Shown piece by piece: positions 38,201-50,200 of a stretch of DNA of 64,000 nt. The notes beneath the pieces are model-generated. The model worked only from the letters and a program-made list of their open reading frames with translations, did no database searches and had not been told where the DNA came from. The position numbers and the translations under genes are program-made. The DNA comes from Chiloscyllium plagiosum (Eukaryota): positions 1 through 64,000 of the forward strand of contig NW_025215169.1 in NCBI RefSeq assembly GCF_004010195.1. The letters are read 5' to 3'. How positions within the stretch are numbered: position 1 is the first letter of the stretch; every line of letters begins with the position of its first letter.

Positions 38201-41200
38201 GCCTGTGGACGGCGGTGGGGTTTAGGCTGGAGACGGTGTGTGGTCGGCGGTGAGGGTCAGGCTGTGTGTGGTGTGTGGACGGTAGTGAGGGTCATTCTGG
38301 GGGCATTGTGTGGGTGGCGGTGAGGGTCAGGTTGGGGGTAGTGTGTGGATGGTGGAGGGACGGTCAGGCTGAGGTCAATACATGAATGATTGTGCGGGTC
38401 AAGTTGGGGGCAGTGTGCGGATGGCGGTGAGGGACAGGTTGGTGATGGTGTGTGGACGAAGGTGAGGGACACACTGGGGGTGGTGTATGGACAGCTGTGA
38501 TGGTCAGGCTGGGGGCGGTGTGTGGACGGCTGTGAGGGTCAGGCTGGGGACGGTTTGTGGACGGCTGTGAGGGTCAGGCTGGGGACGGTTTGTGGACAGT
38601 GGTGAGGGTGAGGCCGGTGACGGTGTTGGACGGCGGTGAGGGACAGGCCTGTGGGGCGGCGTGTGGACGGCAGTGAGGGTCAGGCTGGGGATGGTGTGTG
38701 AACGTCTTTGAGGATAAGGCTAGGGTCGGTGTGTGGCGCCAGTGAGAGTCAGGCTAGAACAGTATTGGACCGCAGTGAGGGTCACGCTTATGGCAGTGTT
38801 GGACTGTGGTGGGGGTCAGGCCGGGGGTGCTTGGTGGACGGCGGTGGAGATCAGGCCGGGGGCGGTTGGGTGATGGCGGTGAGGGTCAGGCTGTGGGTGG
38901 TGTGTGCAACGTCGATGAGGTCAGGCTGGAGATGGTGTGTGGTTGGCGGTGAGGGTCATGCTGGGGGCAGTGTGTGGGTGTGGTGAGGGTCAGACTACGG
39001 GCTTTGTGTGGTCTCAGTGAGGGTCATGCTGGGGATGATGGGTGGACGGCTGTGAGGATAAGGCTAGGGGCGGTGTGTGGGCGGCGGTGAACGTCAAGCT
39101 AGAGCGGTATTGGACGGCAGTGAGGGTCAGGCTTGTGGCAGTGTTGGACAGTGGTGGGGGTCAGGACGGGGCGGTTGTTTGACGGTGGTGAGGGTCAGGC
39201 TGCGGGCGGTGTGTTCGAAGTCGATGAGGGTCAGGCTGGATTCATTGTTGGACGGCAGTGAGGGTCAGGCTGGAGACAGTGTGTGGGTGGCAGTAAGGGT
39301 CAGGCTGGGGGCGGTGTGTGGGTGGCAGTGAGGGTCAGGCTGGAGACGGTGTGCGGGTGGTGGTGAGGGTCAGGCTGGGGATGATGTATGGACGGTGGTG
39401 AGGGTCAGGCTGGGAGCAGTGTGTGGGTGACGGTGAGGGTCAGGCTGGAGACGATGTGTGGGTGGCAGTGAGGGTCAGGCTGGAGACGGGGTGTGGGTGG
39501 TGGTGAGACCGCCTTCCACCAAGCGCCCCCGGACTGACCCCCACCACAGTCCAACACTGCCATAAGCCTGACCCTCAATGCGGTCCAATACTGCTCTAGC
39601 CTGACCATCACTGCCACCCACACACCAACCTTAGCATTATCCTCACAGACGTTCACATACCACCCCCAGCCTGACCCTCACTGCCGTCCACACACCATCC
39701 ACAGCCTGACCCTCACCGCCATCCAGCTACACCCCAGCCTGACCCTCACCGCCGTCCAAACCGTCCTGAGTCTGACCCTCACCGCCGTCCACACACCACC
39801 TCCAGCCTGATCCTCACCGCAATCTACAGACCAACCCCAGCCTGACCCTCACCGCCACCTACACACCGCCCCCAGCCTGACCCTCACCACCGTCCACCAA
39901 CCACCCCCAGCCTGACCTCACCGCTGTCCACCAACTGCCCCAGCCTGACCCTCACCACCGTCCAACACTGCCACAAGCCTGACCCTCACCGCCGCCCTCA
40001 CATCGCCCCTAGCCTTATCCTCACTGCCATCCACACACCATCCCCAGCATGACACTCACTGAGACCACACAAAGCCCCGAGCCTGACCCTCACCGCAGTC
40101 CACACAACACCCCAAGGCTGACCCTCACCACTGCCCATACAACGCCCCAGCCTGACCCGCACCACCACCCACACACAGTCTCCAGCCTGACCCTCACTGT
40201 CACCCACACACCGCCCCTAGCCTGACCCTCACCACCGTCCACATACCACCCCCAGCCTGACCCTCACCACCACCCACACACCGTCTCCAGTGTGAGGGTG
40301 AGGCTGGGGGCGGTATGTAGAAAGCAGAGAGGGACAGGCTGGGGTTGGTGTGTGGACGGCGGTGAGGATGAGTCTAGGGATGGTGTGTGGACATCGGTGG
40401 GGATCAGGTTGGGTGCAGTGAGTGGATGGCAGTGGTAGTCAGGCTGAGGGCGGTGTGTGGATGGTGATGAGTGTCAATTTGGGGTCGGTGTGTGGGAGGT
40501 GGTGAGGGTCAGGCTGGGGTGGCGCTTGGACGGCAGTGAGGGTCAGGCTGGGGGCGGTGTGTGGGCGATGTTGAGGGTCAGGCTGGGGGCGCTGTGTGGA
40601 TGGCAGTGAGGGAAACGCTGAGTACGGTGTGTGGGTGGCAGTGAGGGTCAGGCTTGTGGCAGTGTTGGACTGTGGTGGGGATCAGACTGGGGCGGTTGAT
40701 GGATGGCGGTGAGGGTCAGGCTTGTGACAGTGTTGGACTGTGGTGGGGGTCAGGCTGGGGCGGTTGGTGGATGGCGGTGAGGGTCAGGCTTGTGGCAGTG
40801 TTGGACAGTGGCAGAGATCAGGCTGGGGCGGTTAGTGGATGGCGGTGAGGGTCAGGCTGTGTGTGGTGTGTTCGACGTCGACGAGGGTCAGGCTGGGGAG
40901 TGCATGGACTGTGCTGAGGGTCAGGTTGGAGACGGTGTGTGGGCGATGGTGAGGGTCAGGCTCTGGATTTTGTGTGGTCTCGGTGAGGGTCATGCTGGGG
41001 ATGGTGTGTGGACGGCAGTGAGGATAAGGCGGTGTGACTGTGGTGGGGGTCAGGCTGGGACGGTTGGTGGATGGTGGTGAGGGTCAGGCTTGTGGCAGTG
41101 TTGGACTGTGGTGGGGGTCAGGCTGGGGCGGTTGGTGGATGGCGGTGAGGGTCAGGCTTGTGGCAGTGTTGGACAGTGGCATAGATCAGGCTGGGGCGGT

Positions 41201-44200
41201 TGGTGGATGGCGGTGAGTGTCAGGCTGTGTGTGGTGTGTTTGACCTCGACGAGGGTCAGGCTGGGAGTGCGTGGACAGTGCTAAGGGTCAGGTTGCAGAC
41301 GGTGTGTGGGCGGTGGTGCGGTCAGGCTCTGGATTTTGTGTGGTATCGGTGAGGGTCATGCTGGGAATGGTGTGTGGACGGCAGTGAGGATAAGGCTAGG
41401 GGCGGTGTGTGGGTGCGGTGATGGGCAGGCTTGTGGCAGTGTTGGATGGTGGTGGGGGTGGTGTGTGGATGGTTGTTGTAACAGGCTGGTGATGGTGTTG
41501 GACGGCGGTGAGGAACAGGCTGGTGGCAGTGTGTGGACGGCAGTGAGGGACAGGCATGGGGGCATGGGGGCGGTGTGGGGACGGTGGTGAGGAATAGGCT
41601 GGAGGCGGCGTGTGGACGGCATTGAGGATCAGGCTGGGTGCAGTGTATGGACGGTGGTGAGGGTCAGGCTTGGGTCAGTATTGGACAGCGGTGAGCGTCA
41701 GGCTAGGGGTGGTGTGCGGGCAGTGGTGAGGGTCAGGCTCGGGGTGTTGTGTGTTCTCGATGAGGGTCATGCTGTGGGTGGTGTGTGGACGGCAGTGAGG
41801 GTCAGGCTTGTGGCAGTGTTGGATGTCGGTTGTGTCAGGCTGTGGGCGGTTGGTGGACAGCGGTGTGGGTTAGGCTGGGGGCAGTGTATACACGGCAGTG
41901 AAAGTCAGGCTGGGGGTGGTGTGTAGATGGCGTTGAGGGTCAGACAGGGGGCAGTTTATGAACGGCTTTGAGGGTCAGGCTGGTGGCGGTGTCTGGACGG
42001 TGGAGAGGGTCAGGCTGGGGGTGGTGTGTGAACGTCTGTGAGGATAAGGCTAAGGTCGCTGTGAGGGTGGCAGTGAGGGTCAGGCTTGTGGCAGTGTTGG
42101 ACGCAGTGTACAGGTGGCAGTGAGGGTCAGGCTGGAGACTGTGTGTGGTTGGCGGTGAGGGTCAGGCTGGGAGCACTGTATGGGCAGTGGTGAGGTTCAG
42201 CCTTGGGGTGGTGTGTGGACGGCAGTGAGGGTAAGGCTGGTGGCAGTGTGTGGACAGCAGTGTGGGTCAGGCTGGGGTGGTGCTGGACAGCGGTGAGAGT
42301 CAGCCTGGGGACGGTGTGTGAACGGCAGTGAGGGTCAGGCTGGGTGCGGCGTGTGGACGGCGGTGAGGATCAGGTGGCGGGTGGTGTGTGGCCGGCAGTG
42401 AGGGGCAGGCTCGGGACTGTGTTGGACGGTGGAAAGCGTCAGGTTGGTAGCGGAGAGTGGACGGCAGTGAGGGTCACGCTGGGGATGGTGTGTCGACGGT
42501 GTTGATGGTCTGGCTGGGGTCATTGTTGGACGGCAGTGAGGGTCAGGCTGGAGACGGTGTGTGGACATCGGTGTGGGTCAGGCCGGGGGTGGTGAGTGGA
42601 CGGTGGAGAGTGTCAGGCTGGGCGCAGTGTGTTGACAGCGGTGAGGGTCAGGCTGGGGGCGGTGTGCGGGCGGCAGTGAGGGTCAGGCTGGAGAGAGTGT
42701 GTGTTGCGGTGAGGGTCAGGCATGGGGCGGTGTGTGGGCAGTGGTGAGGATCAGCCTTGGGGTAGTGTGTGGACAGCAGTGAGGGTCAGGCTGGTGGCGG
42801 TGTGTGGACGGTGGTGAGGGTCAGGATAGTTGCCGTTTGAGGGCGGCAGTGAGGGTCAGGCTGTGGCAGTGTTGGACGGTGGTGGGGGACAGGCTGGGGT
42901 GGTTGGTGTACAGCTGTGTGGTCAGGATGGGGATGGTTGTTGGACGATGGTGTGGGTGACGCTGGTGGCGGTGTGTGGACGGTAGTGAGGATCAGGCTGG
43001 GGCAGTGCGGGACGGCGGTGAGAACCAGCATGGGGACGGTGTGTGGATGGCAGTGAGGGTCAGGCTGGGGTCGGTGCATGGATGGCAGTGAGGAACAGGC
43101 TGGTGGCAGCGTGTGGATGGCGGTGAGTGTCAGGCTGGAGACGGTGTGTGGAAGGTAGTGAGGGTCATTCTGGGGGCGGTGTGTGGGTGCTGGTGAGGGT
43201 CAGATTTGAGGTGGTGTGTGGACGGGGGTGCGGGTCAGGCTGGTGGCGGTGTGTGGGCGGTGTTGAGGGTCAGGCTAGGGGCGGTGTATGGGTGGGGATG
43301 AGTGACAGGCTGTGGTAGTCTTGGATGGCGGTGGAGGTCAGGTTGGGGGCGGTTGGTGGACTGCGGTGGGGTCTGGCTGTGGGTAGTTGGTGGACGGTGG
43401 TGTGGGTTACGCTGGTGCGGTGCGGGACGGCGGTGAGGGTCAGGCTGGGGACGGTTTGTGGATGGCAGTGAGGGTCAGGCTGGGGGCTGGCAGTGTTGGA
43501 CAGTGGTGGGAGTCAGGCTGGGGGCAGTTGGTGTACAGCAGTGGGTCTGGCTGGGGATGGTTGGTGGACGGTGGTGTGGGTCAGGCTGGGGCGGTGTGGG
43601 ATGGCGGTGAGGGTCAGGTTGGGGAAGTGCGTGACCGTGGTGAGAGTCGGGTTGGGGACGGTTTGTGGATGGCAGTGAGGGTCAGACTGGGTGCAGTGTG
43701 TGGGCGGTGATGAGAGTCTGTCTGGGGACGGTGTGTGCGTTGTGATGAGAGTCAGTCTGGGGACGGTGTGTGGGCGGTCATGAGAGTCAGTCTGGGGACG
43801 GTGAGTGGACGGCAGTGAGGTTCAGGCTGGGGGCGCTGTGTGGATGGCAGTGAGGGACAGGCTGGGGTCGGCATGTGGACTGCGGTGAGGGTCAGGTTGG
43901 GTACGGTGTGTGGATGGCAGTGAGGGACAGGCTGGGGGTTTTGTGTGGACGGCGGTGAGAGTCAGGCTTGGGGTAGTGTCTGAACGGCTGTTAAGATAAG
44001 GCTAGGGTTAGTGTGTGGGTGGCAGTGAGGGTCAGGCTGGAGCGGTGTGTGCACGGCATTGAGGGTCAGGCTGGGGGTGGTGTGTCAATGGCTGTGAGGG
44101 TCAGACTAGGGGTGGTGTGTGAATGGCTGTGAGGATAAGGCTAGGGTCAGTGTGTGGGCGGCAGTGAGGGTCAGGCTGGCGGTGGGGTTCAGTCTGGGGC

Positions 44201-47200
44201 GGTTGGTTGACGATGGTGAGGGTCAGTCTGGGGGTGGTGTCTGGACAGTGGCGAGGGTCAGGCTGGGGTCATTGTTGGACGGCAGTGAGGTTCAGGCTGG
44301 AGACAGTGTGTGAATGGCGGTGAGGGTCAGGCTGGGGGCGGTGTATGGGCAGTGGTGAGGTTCAGCCTTGGGGATGTGTGTGGATGGCAGTGAGGGTAAG
44401 GCTGGTGGCAGTGTGTGGACAGCAGTGTGGGTCAGGCTGGGGTGGTGCTGGACAGCAGTGAGAGTCAGCCTTGGGACGGTGTGTGAATGGCAGTGAGGGT
44501 CAGGCTGGGTGCAGCGTGTGGACGGCGGTGAGGATCAGGTTGGGGGTGGTGTGTGGCCGGCAGTGAGGGGCAGGCTGGGGACAGTGTTGGACGGCGGAAA
44601 GGGTCAGGTTGGTAGCGGAGTGTGGACGGCAGTGAGGGTCACGCTGGGGATGGTGTGTCGACGGTGTTGATGGCCAGGCTGGGGTCATTGTTGGACGGCA
44701 GTGAGGGTCAGGCTGGTGACGGTGTGGGGGTGACGGTGAGGGTCAGGCTGGAAGCAGTGTTTGTACATTTGTGACGGTCAGCCTTGGGGTGGTGTGTGCA
44801 CATCGGTGTGGGTCAGGCCGGGGCTGGTGAGTGGACGGTGGAGAGTGTCAGGCTGGGGGCGGTGTGTTGACAGCGGTGAGGGCAGGCTGGGGGCGGTGTG
44901 CGGGCGGCAGTGAGGGTCAGGCTGGAGAGAGTGTGTGTTGCGGTGAGGGTCAGGCTGGGGGGGGTGTGTGGGCAGTGGTGAGGATCAGGCTGGGGGTCGT
45001 GTGTGGACTGTGGTGAGGTTCAGGCTGGAGGCGGTGTGTTGACTGCGGAGACAGTCAGGCTGGGGATGTGGACGGCGGTGAGTGTCAGGCTGGGTGCGGT
45101 GTGTGGACGGCAGTGAGGGTCTGGCTGGGGCATTATTGGACGGCAGTGGGGATCAGGCGGTGGGTGGTTGGTTGACGGCGGTGCGGGTCAGGCTGGAGAC
45201 GGTGTGTATGTGGCGGTGAGGGTCAGGCTGGAGACGGTGTGTGGGTGGCGGTTAGGGTCAGGCTGGAGACGGCGTGTGGGTGGCGGTTAGGGTCAGGCTG
45301 GAGACGGTGTGTGGGTGGCAGTGAGTTTCAGGCTGGGGACGGTGTTGGCAGTGCTGAGGGTCAGCCTTGGGGTCGTGTATGGATGGCGGTGAGGGTCAGG
45401 CTGGTGGTGGTGTGTGGACGGTAGTGAGGGTCAGTCTGGGTGCAGTGTGTGGACGGCGGTGGGGTTCAGGCTGGGGGCGGTGTGTGCACTGCAGTGAGGG
45501 TCAGGCTAGGGCAGTATTGGACGGCAGTGAGGGTCAAGCTTATGGCAGTGTTGGACAGTGGGGGGTTCAGGCTGGGCGGTTGTTTGATGGCGGTGAGGGT
45601 CAGGCTGTGGGTGGTGTGTACGACCTCGATGAGGGTCAGGCTGGGGAGTGTGTGGCCGGTGGTGAGGGTCAGGCTGGGATCATTGTTGGATGGCAGTGAG
45701 GGTCAGGTTGGAGATGGTGTGTGGGTGGCGGTGAGGGTCAGGCTGGGGGCAGTGTATGGGCAGTGGTGAGGGTCAGGCTCGGGGCTTTGTGTGGTCTCGG
45801 TGAGGGTCATGCTGGGGATGGTGTGTGGACGTCAGTGAGCATAAGACTAGGGGCGGTGTGTGGGCGGTGGTGAGGGTCAGGCTTGTGGCAGTGTTGGACG
45901 GTGGTGAGGGTCAAGCTGGGGGCGGTTGGTGGACAGCGGTGGGGTCAGGCTGGGGCGTTTGGTGGACGGTGGTGAAGGTCAGACTGGGGGTGGTGTGTAG
46001 ATGGCGGTGAAAGTCAGGATGAGGCCGATGCGTGGACAGCGGTGAGGGACAGGCTGATGGCGGTGTGTGGACAGCGGTGAGGTCAGGCTGGGGCAGTGCG
46101 GGATGGTGGTGAGAGTCAGGCTGGGGACTGTTTGTGGATGGCAATGAGGGTCAGGCTGGGGGCAGCGTGCGGATGGCAGTGAGGGACAGGCTGGGGGCAG
46201 CGTGTGGATGGCGGTGAGGATCAGGTGGGGGGCGGTGTGTGGCCGCCGGTGAGGGGCATACTTGGGACGGTGCTGGATGGCGGAATGGGTCAGGTTGGTG
46301 GCGGAGTGTGGACGGCGGTGTGGGTCAGCCTTGGTGTGGTGTGTGGACGGTGGAGAATGTCAGGATGGGGGTGGTGTGTAGACAGCGGTGAGGGTGAGTC
46401 TGGGTGTGGTGTGTGGACGGCGGTGGGGTTCAGGCTGGGGCTGATGTGCGGGTGGCAGTGAGGGTCAGGCTGGAGACAGTGTGTGGTTGGCAGTGAAGGT
46501 CAGGCTGTGGCTGGTTTTTGGGAAGTGGTGAGGGTCAGCCTTGGGGTGGTGTGTGCACAGTAGTGAGGGTCAGGCTGGTGGCGGTGTGTGGATGGTGGTG
46601 AGGGTCAGGCTGGTTGCAGTGTGAGGGTGGCAGTGTGGGTCAGGCTGTGGCAGTGTTGTACAGCGGTGGGGTCAGACTGGGTATGTTTGGTGGACGGTGT
46701 GGGTCAGGTTGGGGCGGTGCTGGACGGCGGTGAGGGTCAGGCTGGTGGCGGTGTGTGGACGGCGGTGAAAGTCAGGCTGGGGCTGTGCGGGAGGGAGGTG
46801 AGAGTCAGGTTGGGGACGGTTTGTGGACGGCAGTGAGGGTCAGGCTGGTGGCAGCGTGTGGACGGCGGTGAGTGTCAGGTTGGGTGCGGTGTGTGGACGG
46901 CAGTGAGGGTTAGGCTGAGGGTGGCGTGTGGCCGGCGGTGATGGATAGGCTTGCTATGGTGTTGGATGGCGGTGAGGCTCAAGCTGGGTCGGTGTGTGGT
47001 TGGCAGTGAGGGACAGCCTGGGGGATAAGGCTAGGGCTAGTGTGTGGGTGGCAGTGAGGTTCAGGCTGGGGGATAAGGCTCGGGCTAGTGTGTGGGTGGC
47101 AGTGAGCTTCAGGCTGGGGCATTATTGGACGGCGGTGAGGGTCAGGCTGTGGGTGGTGTGTGTAGAGTGGAGAGTATCAGGCTGGGGGCGGTGTGTAGAC

Positions 47201-50200
47201 AGCGGTGAGGGTGAGACTGGGTGCAGTGTGTGGACGGCAGTGGGGTTCAGGATGGGGCGGTGTGTGGGTGGCTGTGAGGTTCAGGCTGGGGCATTATTGG
47301 ACGGCGGTGAGGGTCAGGTTGTGGGTGGTGTGTGTAGAGTGGAGAGTATCAGGCTGGGGGACGGTGTGTAGACAGCGGTGAGGGTGAGGCTGGGTGCAGG
47401 GTGTGGACGGCAGTGGGGTTCAGGATGGGGGCGGTGTATGGGTGGCAGTAAGGGTCAGGCTGGAGACGGTGTGTGGGTGGCGGTGAGGGTCAGGCTGTGG
47501 GTAGTGTGTGGGCAGTGGTGAGGGTCAGAATTGTGGTGGTATGTGGACAGAGGTGCGGGTCAGGCTGGTGGCGGTTTGTGGACGTTGTTGAGGGTTAGGC
47601 TAGGGGTGGTGTATTGGCGGGGGTGAGTATCAGGCTGTCGTAGTGTTGGACGGCGGTGGAGGTCAGGCTGGGGCTGGTTGGTGGACAGCGGTGGGGTCAG
47701 GCTGTGGGTGGTTGGTAGACAGTGGTGTGGGTCAGGCTGGGGCGGTGCGGGACGGCGGTGACAGTCAGGTTGGGAACAGTTTGTGGACAGCAGTGACGGT
47801 CAGGCTGGGGTCGGCGTGTGGGACAGGCTTGGGATGGTGTTGGACGGTGGTGAGGGTTAGGCTGGGTCGGTGTGTGGGTGGCTGTTAAGGACAGGCTGGG
47901 GACTGTGTGTGGGCAGCAGTGAGGGTCAGGCTGGACCATTATTGGACAGCAGTGAGGGTCAGGCTGGGGCATTATTGGATGGCAGTGAGGGTCAGGCTGG
48001 AGCATTATTGGACGGTGGTGAGGTTCAGGCTGGGGCGTTATTGGAAAGCAGTGAGGATCAGGCGGTGGGTGGTTGGTTGACGGCGGTGATGGCCAGACTG
48101 GGGCGGTTGGTTGACGGCGGAGAGGGTCAGGCTGGAGACGGTGTGTGGGCAATGCTGAGGGTCAACGTTGGGGTGGTGTGTGGACGGCAGTAAGGGTCAG
48201 GCTGGTGGCGGTGTGTGGACAGTAGTGAGGGTCATTCTGGGGGCGGTGTGTGGGTGGTGGTGAGGGTCAGGCTGGGGTGGTGTCTGGACGGTGGAGAATG
48301 TCAGGCTGGGGGCAGTGTGTAGACAGCGGTGAGGGTCAGGCTGGGGGTGGTGTGTAGATGGCTGTAAGGGTCAGGCTGTGGGCGGTGTGTGGATGGTGGT
48401 GAGAGAGAGGCTGCTGACGGTGTTGGACGGCGGTGAGGGTAAGGCTGGTGGCGGTGTGTTGATGGTAGTGAGGGTCAGGCTGGGGCGATGCTGGACGGCG
48501 GTGAGATTCAGCCTGGGGACGGTGTATTGACAGCAGTCAGGGTCAGGCTGGGGGTGGTGTGCGGATGGCATTGAGGGACAGGCTGGGGGCAGCGTGTGGA
48601 TGGCAGTGAGGGTCAGGCAGGGTGTGGTTTGTGGACGGCAGTGAGGGTTAGGCTGGGTGCAGTGTGTGGACGGCAGTGAGGGTCAGGCCGGGGGCGGTGT
48701 GTGAACGGCGGTGATGGACAAACTGGGGTCGGTGTGTGGACTGCGATGAGGGTCAGGCAGGGTACGGTGTGTGGACAGCGGTGAGCGTCAGGCTTGGGTC
48801 AGTGTTGGACGGCGGTGATCATCAGGCTTTGGGCGGTGTGTGGGTGGTCGTGTGGGTCAGGCTTGTGGCAGTGTTAGATGGTGGTGGTGTCAGGCTGGGG
48901 ACGGTTGGTGGACAGTGGTGAGGGTCAGGCTGGGGTCGGCGTGTACCCGGCAGTGAAGGTCAGGCTGGGGGTGGTGTGTAGATGGCATTGAGGGTCAGGC
49001 TGGGGGGGTTGTGTAAACCGCGTTGAGTGTCAGGCTGGGAACAGTGTCTGGACGGTGGTGAGCTTCACGCTGGGGGCGTTGTATGGACTGCGATGAGGGT
49101 CAGGCTGGGGGTGGTGTGTGGGTTTCTGTGAGGTTCTGGCTGGGGGTGGTGTTGGGTGGCGGTGGGTATCAGGCTGGGTGCGGTGTGTGGACGGCGGTGG
49201 GGTTCAGGCTGTAGGTGGTGTGTGGGCGGTGGTGAGTTTCAGGCTGGGGGCGGTGTTGAGTGGCGTTGGGTGTCAGGCAGGTGGTGGTGTGTTATTGGAA
49301 GCGACCGTCAGTCTGTGGTCGATGCGTGAATGACGGTGGGGGGTCAGGCTTGTGACGGCGGGTTGGAGGCGATGAGGGTCAGTCTGGGGGTGGTGTGTGG
49401 ACGGTTGTGAGGGACAGGCTGGTGGCGGTGTGTTGATGGCAGTGAGGGTCAGGCTTGGGCAGTGTGCGGATGGCAGTGAGAGACAGGCTGGGGGCAGCGC
49501 GTGGATGGCAGTGAGGATCAGGTTGGGGACAGCGTGTTTATACGGCAGTGAGGGAAAGGCTGGAGCGGTGCTGGACGGCGGTGAGAGTCAGCCTGGAGAC
49601 GGTGTGTGGACAGCAGTGAGGGTCAGGCTGGGGCAGTGTGCGGATGGCAGTGAGGGACAGGCTCGGGGCAGCGTGTGGACGGCAGTGAGGGTCAGGCTGG
49701 GGGCGGTGTTTGGACGGTGGTGAGGGACAGGCTGGAGGCGGCGTGTGGACAGCGGTGAGGGTCAGGCTGGGGTCAGTGTTGGACCGCAGTGAGGTCAGGC
49801 TGGGGGCGGCGTGTGGGTAGTTGTGAGGTTCAGGCTGGAGCCGGTGTGTGGACGGCGGTGAGGGTCAGGCTGGGGTCAGTGTTGGACGGCAGTGAGCGTC
49901 AGGCTGGGGGCTGCGTGTGGGCGGTGGTGAGGGTCTGGCTCGGGCCGTTGTGTGTTCTCAGTGAGGATCATGCTGTGGGTGGTGTGTGGGGCCACAGCAT
50001 GTGAATAATGCTAGGGGCGGTGTGTGGGCGGCCATGTGGGTCAGGCTTGTGGCAGTGTTGGACAACGGTGGTGTCAGGCAGGGGGTGGTTGGTGGACAGC
50101 GGTGAGGGGCAGACTGGGGTCGGCGTGTACACGGCAGTGAAGGTCAGGCTGGGGGTGGTGTGTAGATGGCGTTGAGGGTCAGACTGGGGGCGGTGTGTGA

